Assembly: GCA_002841765.1 (NCBI GenBank)
Contig: PHAV01000002.1
Span: 73,604-137,603 of the forward strand
Reading direction: 5' to 3'
DNA: 64,000 nt
Source: Deltaproteobacteria bacterium HGW-Deltaproteobacteria-4
GTDB lineage: Bacteria > Desulfobacterota > Desulfuromonadia > Desulfuromonadales > UBA2197
The notes beneath the pieces were generated by a model. It was not told where the DNA came from, searched no databases, and worked only from the letters and a program-made list of their open reading frames with translations. This document shows, piece after piece, positions 36,056 to 44,014 of the stretch (position 1 is its first letter; each line of letters begins with the position of its first letter). Position numbers and translations under genes: made by a program.

Positions 36056-37213
36056 ATGAATCTGCGCACCATCGCCTTCAATAATCTCCGTCGTCGTAAG
36101 GGGCGGATGGCCTTCCTCCTTGCCGGACTCCTGATCGGCGTGGCGACGGTTGTCACTCTCTTCTCTCTGGCCACGTCCTTGACTCTCGATGCCGAGCACA
36201 AGCTCGACAGTTATGGCGCAAATATCGTCATCACCCCCAAGCGTGATGACCTTTCTCTGAGCTATGGCGGTATCACCCTCGCCGGCGTCAACGTGACACA
36301 GAACGAGCTTCGGATGGCCGATTTGCAGCGGATCGGTCAGATAAAGAACTTCAATAATATCGCAGGGATTGCTCCAAAGGTCCTTGGTGCTGTCGAGATT
36401 AAAGGGGTGCGGGTGCTGTTGATGGGGGTCTCTTCCGAGGTGGAGTTTACCCTGAAGCGCTGGTGGAATGTCGATGGTCGGCCGCTGGCGAAAGACAACG
36501 AACTGGTCGTCGGCAGCAGTGTGGCGCAGCGGTTAGGTTTAGCCATAGGTGATCAGGTCAGTATCGATGGCAGCGATTTTGTCATCACCGGCATCCTTCA
36601 GCCGACCGGTTCGCAGGATGATGAACTGGTAATTGGGACTCTGGCGGTAGCGCAACGCCTCTTTGCCAAGGAAGGTCTGGTCTCTCTTGTCGAAGTGGCC
36701 GCCCTTTGTGCCGGTTGTCCGATTGAAGAGATGGTTGAGCAGATCGCTGCCGTCCTTCCCCAGGCTGAAGTAAACGCCATTCAGCAAGTGGTCAAAACTC
36801 GTATGCACGCACTGGCACAGTTCCAGACCTTTGCCCTTGGCATCTCTGCAGTGGTTCTGTTAATCGGCGCTCTCGTGGTGCTGGTGACGATGATGGGTTC
36901 GGTTAATGAGCGCACTCGTGAGATCGGTATCTTTCGCGCTCTCGGTTTTCGTCGTGGTCACGTCGTTGCCCTGATTGAGATCGAGGCCGTGACGGTCAGC
37001 TGCTTTGCCGGACTGTTCGGTTATCTCCTCGGTATGACAGCGACCCGGATGATCCTTCCCTTTCTGGCGGAAGCCCACCTGGAAATCATCTGGGATCTGC
37101 GTCTCGCCGGCGGTGCGCTCCTTCTAGCGGTCATCGTCGGCGCCCTCGCGTCCCTTTATCCTGCGCTGCATGCCAGTCGCATGGAGCCGACGGTTGCACT
37201 ACGGGCTCTGTAA
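36056..37213 (+). CDS. ABC transporter permease, FtsX/MacB type
   Basis: N-terminal TM helix, a large periplasmic domain and three C-terminal TM helices with EIGIFRALGF. Confidence 0.85.
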   Translation: MNLRTIAFNNLRRRKGRMAFLLAGLLIGVATVVTLFSLATSLTLDAEHKLDSYGANIVITPKRDDLSLSYGGITLAGVNVTQNELRMADLQRIGQIKNFNNIAGIAPKVLGAVEIKGVRVLLMGVSSEVEFTLKRWWNVDGRPLAKDNELVVGSSVAQRLGLAIGDQVSIDGSDFVITGILQPTGSQDDELVIGTLAVAQRLFAKEGLVSLVEVAALCAGCPIEEMVEQIAAVLPQAEVNAIQQVVKTRMHALAQFQTFALGISAVVLLIGALVVLVTMMGSVNERTREIGIFRALGFRRGHVVALIEIEAVTVSCFAGLFGYLLGMTATRMILPFLAEAHLEIIWDLRLAGGALLLAVIVGALASLYPALHASRMEPTVALRAL

Positions 37214-37231
37214 ATTCATAAGGAGTCAGGG

Positions 37232-37924
37232 ATGTCTCTGATTAAAATTACCAACCTGAGCAAACACTACCTTGGTGCAGATACCGTCGTTGCCCTTGAC
37301 GGCATCGATCTGGAGATTCAGAGCGGCTCCTTTGTCGGGATGATGGGGCCGTCGGGATCGGGGAAGAGCACCTTTCTCTCCATCCTTGGCGGACTCTGTC
37401 AGCCGGGGAGCGGTCGCGTTGTCGTCAATACTATTGATCTATATGCCCTCGGCAGCGAACAGCTCGCTGATTTTCGGCGGGAATACCTCGGTTTTGTCTT
37501 CCAGGCTTTTAACCTTATTCCATATCTCACCGCTCTGGAGAATGTCATGCTACCGATGGCCGTCAAGTCGCTATCGGCGCGAGAAAAGAGGCGCCGGGCG
37601 CAGGAAGTTCTGGAGCGGGTCGGCCTCGGCGCCCGCATCGGACACCTACCTAATCAGCTCTCTGGCGGCGAACAGGAACGGGTCGCCATTGCCCGAGCTC
37701 TCGTCAATAAGCCGCCACTGATCCTCGCCGATGAGCCGACCGGCAGCCTCGATTCCGCAACAAGCAGCGAGATCATGGGGCTTCTGGCCGAACTTCACCG
37801 CGAGGGGCAGACGATCGTCATGGTCACCCACAATCCCGAGACCTGTAGCCATTTCGATCGTACTATCCTGTTGCGTGATGGCCGCATTGCCAGCGATCAG
37901 TTTCGTCCTCTCTCTGCCGCTTGA
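37232..37924 (+). CDS. ABC transporter ATP-binding protein (MacB/LolD type)
   Basis: [35 protein letters not shown]. Confidence 0.95.
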   Translation: MSLIKITNLSKHYLGADTVVALDGIDLEIQSGSFVGMMGPSGSGKSTFLSILGGLCQPGSGRVVVNTIDLYALGSEQLADFRREYLGFVFQAFNLIPYLTALENVMLPMAVKSLSAREKRRRAQEVLERVGLGARIGHLPNQLSGGEQERVAIARALVNKPPLILADEPTGSLDSATSSEIMGLLAELHREGQTIVMVTHNPETCSHFDRTILLRDGRIASDQFRPLSAA

Positions 37925-37995
37925 ACTTTAACGATAGCTGTGGCATAGTAACACTCACCAGGTACAAACCGTAGATTTGACACTCAGCACTTTTC

Positions 37996-38352
37996 GGGGG
38001 CGCCAAGGTTTCGACGGGGATAGGAAGCGAAGGTTGCATGCCGGGGATGCCAGTTGGCCTCGTTAAAAAATCTGGCAACACATACAAACGCCGATACTGA
38101 CGTTCGTTACGCACTAGCGGCTTAATTGCCGCTACGTCTCTTCGCTTCATCGCCCATGTGGGGTTTAGAGACGTCATTAATGTGGGATAGTTCTCAAGTT
38201 CGCCTGCGGCGCGAGAGCGAAATCTAGCAGGATCCCCCAAAGAAAATCCTGTCCGTGGGAGTTTCGAGGGTAAACTAAAATACGGACTACGCATGTAGAA
38301 GCTTTTCGTAGATGATTTTCGGACGCGGGTTCGATTCCCGCCGCCTCCACCA
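37996..38352 (+). ncRNA. ssrA: tmRNA (SsrA)
   Basis: 5' GGGGGCGCCAAGGTTTCGACGGGG and 3' GGACGCGGGTTCGATTCCCGCCGCCTCCACCA. The internal tag frame reads GCC GAT ACT GAC GTT CGT TAC GCA CTA GCG GCT TAA (…DTDVRYALAA stop). Confidence 0.95.
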
Positions 38353-38390
38353 AAAAGAAGCATAAAATCAGGTCACTGATTTTAGTAAGC

Positions 38391-38425
38391 TGCCTCCCTC
38401 GTGTGATACAGGGAGGCTTTCTTTT
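38391..38425 (+). terminator. Terminator after ssrA
   Basis: GCCTCCCTCGTGTGATACAGGGAGGC followed by TTTCTTTT. Confidence 0.65.
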
Positions 38426-38481
38426 ATCTTGCGGCTTGCAGGGTGGTGGTTGAAGGTCCTCAGTGATGAAAGGTTTATGTT

Positions 38482-38871
38482 ATGGCAATCGGTTGGTTTG
38501 CACTTTTGACAAAAGTTCCATGGTCGGAAGTCATCAGCAATGCTCCCAAGGTTGCTGATGCCGCAAAGAAGTTGTGGAAAGCTGTGGCTAACAAGTCTGT
38601 TTCATCCGAAACTCTGACCGACGTTGCACCCCCTCATTTTTTGCCGGATGCTACTTTTATAGCCGGCATGGAAGCGCGTCTCATCGCCATGGAGGCGGGC
38701 CATTCCGATCTGCAGAATCAAATGCTTGCTTCATCAGAGCTTATCAAAGAGCTTGCCGACCAGAATGCACAGCTTGTTAAACGGATTGAGACTAATCGTA
38801 TTCGGGTTATCTGGTTAACTGTAGCAATAGGACTGGTGATCATCTTCATGGCTCTAGCGCGCTTAAGGTAA
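38482..38871 (+). CDS. Hypothetical coiled-coil protein with a C-terminal TM anchor
   Basis: ORF only. C-terminal hydrophobic helix VIWLTVAIGLVIIFMAL. Confidence 0.4.
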   Translation: MAIGWFALLTKVPWSEVISNAPKVADAAKKLWKAVANKSVSSETLTDVAPPHFLPDATFIAGMEARLIAMEAGHSDLQNQMLASSELIKELADQNAQLVKRIETNRIRVIWLTVAIGLVIIFMALARLR

Positions 38872-38879
38872 GTATTTTA

Positions 38880-39992
38880 TTGGCGGATTTTTATAGGGTA
38901 AGCCGAGTGAATATCAAGATTTCATTACTGAAATTCATTGATCGTGTCGTTGGTGGGGTGGTGCGCTTCTGGCCTGCACCGTCGCGGCGGCCTCACGGTG
39001 CGCTGCAGTCGATTCTTGTTATCCGTCCTGGCGGAATTGGTGATGCAGTTCATCTCCTCCCGTTGCTACAACGTTTGCGGGGATGCTTCCCCACGGCCCG
39101 CATCTTTGTTCTGGGCGAGCGCCGTAACGTCGGTGTTTTCGTCCTTTCGCCGGTCAAAGTGACTGTCTTGTGTTACGATCGGCCCCTTGAATTTCTCCGA
39201 TCTTTGATTAGTCAATATGATGTTGTTATCGATTCAGAACAGTGGCATTGTCTTTCTGCCGTTGTCGCCCGGATGGTGCGGGCTCCGGTCAAGATTGGAT
39301 TTGCCGGCAACGTGCGCCAACGTCTCTTTACGGATCCGCTTCCTTATTCTCAGGAAAAATACGAAGCGGAAATCTTTCTCTCCTTGTTGACACCACTAGG
39401 TATTCCGTATAAATCACTGCCACCTCCACCCTGGCTGCGAATTCCGTACAACATAGCATCGGAGATCACTTCGTTACGGACAAAGGTTGACGGTCGTTAC
39501 CTTGTCCTTTTTCCCGGAGCAAGTATCGCAGCTCGTCGCTGGGGGGCGGAGCGTTTTCGACTTCTGGCGCGCGCCATTTATGAGATTGGCTGGCAGGTGG
39601 TTGTCGTCGGCGGTCGCGACGACTGTTCGACCGCTGACGCGATCTGTCGGGACGGATGGGGGCACGACTTCTCCGGCCAGACCAGTCTTGCCGGAACGGC
39701 AGCATTGATTGCCGGTGCCGATCTTTTGGTCAGCGGAGATTCTGGCCTTTTACACATCGGTGTTGCTTTAGGAATTCCAACGGTTTCATTTTTTGGTCCC
39801 GGGATTGCGGAGAAATGGGCACCACGCGGAGAAGGGCATAGTGTTCTTAATCTGCAGCTCCCTTGCTCTCCCTGTACGCTCTTTGGTACGACCCCTGCAT
39901 GTAAAAATAAGCTGGCGTGTTTGTCGGGGATCAGCGTTGATGCAGTTATTCAGGCAGTGAAAAAACAGTTACTACAGAACGGAATTGATTGA
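38880..39992 (+). CDS. Glycosyltransferase family 9 (heptosyltransferase-like)
   Basis: ILVIRPGGIGDAVHLLP, and a C-terminal SGDSGLLHIGVALGIPTVSFFGP motif typical of GT9. Start uncertain (TTG 38880 or GTG 38907). Confidence 0.75.
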   Translation: MADFYRVSRVNIKISLLKFIDRVVGGVVRFWPAPSRRPHGALQSILVIRPGGIGDAVHLLPLLQRLRGCFPTARIFVLGERRNVGVFVLSPVKVTVLCYDRPLEFLRSLISQYDVVIDSEQWHCLSAVVARMVRAPVKIGFAGNVRQRLFTDPLPYSQEKYEAEIFLSLLTPLGIPYKSLPPPPWLRIPYNIASEITSLRTKVDGRYLVLFPGASIAARRWGAERFRLLARAIYEIGWQVVVVGGRDDCSTADAICRDGWGHDFSGQTSLAGTAALIAGADLLVSGDSGLLHIGVALGIPTVSFFGPGIAEKWAPRGEGHSVLNLQLPCSPCTLFGTTPACKNKLACLSGISVDAVIQAVKKQLLQNGID

Positions 39993-40768
39993 TGTCCTCC
40001 ATTATCGTCTATCTCTTGGTCTTTTCTCTTGGTGCTTGCATCGGTTCTTTTCTCAATGTTTGTATTTACCGGATTCCCGCTGGTCTTTCGATCGTTCATC
40101 CTCCGTCGCGTTGCCCGCAGTGCGGAACACAAATTCGCTGGTGGCAGAATATTCCGATTGTGAGTTGGTTGTTTCTGCGGGGTAAATGTGCAACCTGCAA
40201 AGTGAAAATCAGCACTCGTTATCTGCTGGTCGAGATTTTGACCGGCCTGCTCTTCCTTAAAATTTTCATGATGTTTGCAATCCATCCGGCAACTTTGGTC
40301 TTTTGGGCCTTTGCGGCGGCGTTGGTGATTCTGACCTTTATCGACCTCGATCACCAGATTATTCCTGACGTTATTAGTCTTCCGGGGGTAATTCTTGGCT
40401 TTTCCACAGTTGCTTTGACCCCGTTGACGTGGAGTGATTCCATCCTTGGCATCCTGCTTGGTGGCGGTTCCCTTTGGCTGATCGCGATTATTTACGAGTT
40501 TCTGACCAAGAACGAGGGGATGGGGGGAGGGGATATCAAGTTGCTGGCGATGATCGGCGCTTTTCTCGGCTGGAAGGCCATTTTGCCTGTCATCTTTATC
40601 AGTTCATGCCTTGGAACCCTCGTCGGCGTTCCGCTGATGTTACGTCAAGGTGCGAGTGGCAAACTTGCTATTCCTTTCGGTCCGTTTTTGTCTGCAGCTG
40701 CTCTGATCTGGTTTTTTTATGGAGGATTGTTGTTACGTTGGTATCTCGGATTTTTTCGCTATGGATAA
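39992..40768 (+). CDS. pilD: Prepilin peptidase / N-methyltransferase (A24 family)
   Basis: CPQCGTQIRWWQNIPIVSWLFLRGKCATCK zinc motif, FIDLDHQIIPD, GGGDIKLLAMIG. The ATG overlaps the GT9 stop (TGATG). Confidence 0.9.
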   Translation: MSSIIVYLLVFSLGACIGSFLNVCIYRIPAGLSIVHPPSRCPQCGTQIRWWQNIPIVSWLFLRGKCATCKVKISTRYLLVEILTGLLFLKIFMMFAIHPATLVFWAFAAALVILTFIDLDHQIIPDVISLPGVILGFSTVALTPLTWSDSILGILLGGGSLWLIAIIYEFLTKNEGMGGGDIKLLAMIGAFLGWKAILPVIFISSCLGTLVGVPLMLRQGASGKLAIPFGPFLSAAALIWFFYGGLLLRWYLGFFRYG

Positions 40769-40831
40769 TCGTTGCAGCCTGATGTGGAACCTTTTTAAAG
40801 AGATAAATTATATTCCCTTTAAAAAAATTAC

Positions 40832-40859
40832 TTGACTGTATTATTGAAGGACATATAAT
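40832..40859 (+). promoter_or_regulatory. Sigma70-type promoter
   Basis: TTGACT, 16 nt, then TATAAT, upstream of the HTH gene and pilM. Confidence 0.5.
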
Positions 40860-40904
40860 TAGGCCTAATTTTGCATAATAAGATTTATTATTTCAATATA
40901 TGCG

Positions 40905-41102
40905 GTGGGTTGCGTGAATAATGTAAAGAAATTCAGAGAGTCACTGTTAATGACCAAGGCTGAACTCGCTCGCAAAGCGGGGCTTTCTGCGTTGACCATT
41001 GACAGGATTGAGCGTGGATCGGCCTGTCGAATTTCTACCATGCGCAAGATAATTCTCGCCTTTGGTTTGAAAATTGAAGACAGGAACAAAATTTTTCCGT
41101 AA
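40905..41102 (+). CDS. XRE-family helix-turn-helix protein
   Basis: LLMTKAELARKAGLSALTIDRIERG. Confidence 0.7.
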   Translation: MGCVNNVKKFRESLLMTKAELARKAGLSALTIDRIERGSACRISTMRKIILAFGLKIEDRNKIFP

Positions 41103-41165
41103 TTTTATCGTCTTGTCAGCCTAAATAAATGAGAGCACACATTAAGTTATTGCCGAGGGATCGTT

Positions 41166-42230
41166 ATGTTTTCTGGATCAAAAAAAGATTTAGTCGGTAT
41201 CGATATCGGTTCGCGGGCTGTTAAGGTCGTGCGGTTGCGGGAAGTCAAGGGTCTTTGGCATCTGCAGGCAATTGGTATGGCCAGTCTTCCTCAGGAGGCG
41301 ATTGTCGATAACGCCATTATGGATTCTTCGGCGGTCATTGATGTCGTCAAAAGTCTTCATACCAATTTAAGGATTGGCACAAAGAATGTCGTAACCTCAA
41401 TTTCCGGACATTCGGTCATTATCCGCAAGATTCAAATGCCGATTATGACCGAAGAAGAGTTGGAAAATTCGATTGTATTTGAGGCCGAGCAGTATATCCC
41501 TTTCGATATTACCGAAGTCTTTCTCGATTTTCACATTATCGGTTCGGACGTTAACGACCCGACGATGATGAATGTCTTTCTGGTTGCAGCCAAAAAAGAT
41601 TTTGTCAACGATCATATTGCTATCTTCAGGGAGTGCGGTTTGACTCCCATGGTGATGGATATTGACTCTCTTGCAGTGCAAAATGCTTTTGAGTTGAATT
41701 ATGCGGTTGATGAAAATGTGGTAATCGGACTCGTTAATATGGGCGCCGGTGGGATGAATGTCAGTGTCCTTAAGGACGGCGCCTCAATCTTTACCCGTGA
41801 TATTCAAATCGGTGGAAATATTCTCAACGAAGAGATCCAGAAGCAGTTTGGTCTCGGTAGCGCTGATGCTGAGCGTGCCAAGTTAGGACAGGAAATTCCC
41901 GGGATAGAACAGCAAGCAATCGAGGAAGTTCTTCTCAGCGCCACGGAGATGTTGGCGCAGGAAGTCCAACGCTCACTTGATTTTTTCACAGCCACTGCAG
42001 CGGACGATAAAATTCAACATCTTTATATCACCGGTGGGATCGCCCAGTTACCTCAAATACGCCATGCTCTGGAAAATCGCCTTGGTATCGATGTGGAGAT
42101 TATTGACCCATTCCGGCAAATAGTTGTGAATGAAAAAGACTTTGAAATCGAATATTTAAAATCGATAGGTCCGATGTTTGCCGTCGCTGTCGGATTGGCG
42201 ATGCGTCGCGTAGGGGACAAGAATGATTAA
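41166..42230 (+). CDS. pilM: Type IV pilus assembly protein PilM
   Basis: Actin-like ATPase fold (VGIDIGSRAVKVV), 354 aa, first gene of the pilMNOPQ order. Confidence 0.9.
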   Translation: MFSGSKKDLVGIDIGSRAVKVVRLREVKGLWHLQAIGMASLPQEAIVDNAIMDSSAVIDVVKSLHTNLRIGTKNVVTSISGHSVIIRKIQMPIMTEEELENSIVFEAEQYIPFDITEVFLDFHIIGSDVNDPTMMNVFLVAAKKDFVNDHIAIFRECGLTPMVMDIDSLAVQNAFELNYAVDENVVIGLVNMGAGGMNVSVLKDGASIFTRDIQIGGNILNEEIQKQFGLGSADAERAKLGQEIPGIEQQAIEEVLLSATEMLAQEVQRSLDFFTATAADDKIQHLYITGGIAQLPQIRHALENRLGIDVEIIDPFRQIVVNEKDFEIEYLKSIGPMFAVAVGLAMRRVGDKND

Positions 42231-42828
42231 AATCAATCTCCTCCCGGTCAGGGAATCGCAAAAAAAGGAAAGGCTACGTGAGCAAGTAGTTGTTTTACTC
42301 GCTTGCGCCATTTTTACAGTCAGCGGTTGTGCTGCTGCCTACACAACTATCCTTGCTAAAATCAGTCAGAAGACAGACGTAATCAGTGAACAGACCAAGG
42401 TGATTGAACAGTTAAAAAAACAGATCGGCGAAGTGGAAAAAGTAAAAAAGTTGCAAGCTGAACTTCAGTCCAAGCTCGATATACTGGGGAAACTCAAGGC
42501 AAATAAGACCGGTCCTGCACACATGCTGGATGAATTGAGTATGGCCATTCCGGAAAAATTGTGGATTGATTCTTTTGATAATATTGCTGGTGCCGTCAAT
42601 CTCAGTGGTATGGGTATCAACGAAGAGATTGTAGCGATTTTTTTACAGCAACTGGAAGCCTCGCCTTATTACATGAGAGTTGAGTTGCAGAGTCTTGAAC
42701 AGGCGACGATTGAAGGGAATAAATTTCAGAGATTTAAAGTTGTTGCAAAGGAAGAAGTGCCTCCAATTAAAAACGTGGATAACGATAAAGCGGCCGTGAA
42801 GAAGTCTGAGCCCGCCCAAAAAACGTAA
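42223..42828 (+). CDS. pilN: Type IV pilus assembly protein PilN
   Basis: MIKINLLP N-terminus, a single TM helix and a coiled coil. Confidence 0.85.
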   Translation: MIKINLLPVRESQKKERLREQVVVLLACAIFTVSGCAAAYTTILAKISQKTDVISEQTKVIEQLKKQIGEVEKVKKLQAELQSKLDILGKLKANKTGPAHMLDELSMAIPEKLWIDSFDNIAGAVNLSGMGINEEIVAIFLQQLEASPYYMRVELQSLEQATIEGNKFQRFKVVAKEEVPPIKNVDNDKAAVKKSEPAQKT

Positions 42829-42836
42829 GGGAGCTA

Positions 42837-43442
42837 TTGATGAATCCGCAGGTTGAAAAGTTTATCAAGTTGCCTTTTTATAAGCGCTTTCTTATAGTTT
42901 TTGTCGTATTGCTTAGTATTACCGGCGCTTTTTACTTCTTTGTTTTTGTGCCCAAGATGGATGAGTACAAAGGGCTGGTCAAGAAGAGTGAGACCTTGCA
43001 GGCGGAAATAGTTCAAAAAAAGAGTATTGCCGATAATCTCGTACGTTTTCGCGATGAATACGATAAGATGCAGCAGCGTCTCGATGAGTCCTTGAAAGAA
43101 TTACCTAACGACAAGGAACTTCCCGAGCTATTGACCAGTATTGCTGCAATTGCCAAACAGAATCAACTCGAAGTGAAAAAGTTTCAGCCGGGGGGCGAAG
43201 TTGCTAAGGGTTTTTATGCCGAGGTGCCGGTCACTTTGACTTTAACTGGTCGCTATCTTGATATTGGCAGGTTCTTTTTTGATATCAGCGAAATGCCTCG
43301 TATTGTCACGGTCGGAAATATTAAGATGAAGACGGTCGGTGGGAAAGCGGCCGGGCAGGTGCTGATCTCGGTCGACTGCCAAGCGACAACTTATCGTTTC
43401 TTGAGTGCTGGAGAGAATCCTCCCCCTGCGAAGAAAAAGTAG
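42837..43442 (+). CDS. pilO: Type IV pilus assembly protein PilO
   Basis: Position in the cluster, a TM helix plus coiled coil, and a LPELLTSI motif. Confidence 0.8.
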   Translation: MMNPQVEKFIKLPFYKRFLIVFVVLLSITGAFYFFVFVPKMDEYKGLVKKSETLQAEIVQKKSIADNLVRFRDEYDKMQQRLDESLKELPNDKELPELLTSIAAIAKQNQLEVKKFQPGGEVAKGFYAEVPVTLTLTGRYLDIGRFFFDISEMPRIVTVGNIKMKTVGGKAAGQVLISVDCQATTYRFLSAGENPPPAKKK

Positions 43443-43458
43443 ACAGTCGGAGTTAATC

Positions 43459-44010
43459 ATGATGAAGGCACAACGAAATCTGTCTAAGTGGTTCGTTATC
43501 TCCTGTGGATTGACTGTACTCGTGGCTTGTGGTGAGGAAACACCCGTCACACCGGTGGCCCCTGCCAAACCCCAACCTCGGAAAGTAGAAGCAGCCAAAG
43601 TCGCACCAGGATCGGTAGAGGGGGGTGTCACCGTGATGGATGCCCTTCCCCCCAAGTACACTTTTGTTACAGAGAATCGCCGGGATCCCTTTCAGCCCTT
43701 TATTTTAATTAAGCGGCCTGTTGATGCCGACGCAGATCTTTCGGCACAAACACCGTTACAGCAGTACGAGACGATGCAGTACAAACTCTCTGCTGTCATC
43801 GTTGGTTATGGCCAACCGATGGTCATGGTCATTGCCCCGGATGGCAAGAGTTATGTTGTACGCAAAGGTATGAAAATCGGCAAAAATGGTGGGACAGTTA
43901 TACAGATCAATAAAGAGGGTTTCCTTGTGGAAGAGAAGTATCGTGACTTCACAGATGTAGTTCGAACCAATATTTTAGAGATCAAACTCCCGAAGCGGGA
44001 AGGAGTCTGA
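43459..44010 (+). CDS. pilP: Type IV pilus assembly lipoprotein PilP
   Basis: Lipobox LVAC, RRDPFQPF motif, position in the cluster. Confidence 0.8.
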   Translation: MMKAQRNLSKWFVISCGLTVLVACGEETPVTPVAPAKPQPRKVEAAKVAPGSVEGGVTVMDALPPKYTFVTENRRDPFQPFILIKRPVDADADLSAQTPLQQYETMQYKLSAVIVGYGQPMVMVIAPDGKSYVVRKGMKIGKNGGTVIQINKEGFLVEEKYRDFTDVVRTNILEIKLPKREGV

Positions 44011-44014
44011 ACTA

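Noticed and set aside
37863-38363. 166-aa minus-strand ORF
   Set aside because: It completely overlaps the tmRNA gene (37996-38352) and is therefore not coding.
38353-41100. Genomic island integrated at the tmRNA gene
   Set aside because: I could find no integrase, no copy of the ssrA 3' end downstream, and the following genes (GT9, pilD, pilMNOPQ, aro, acc) are core functions. The lower GC here seems to be a property of these genes rather than of an island.
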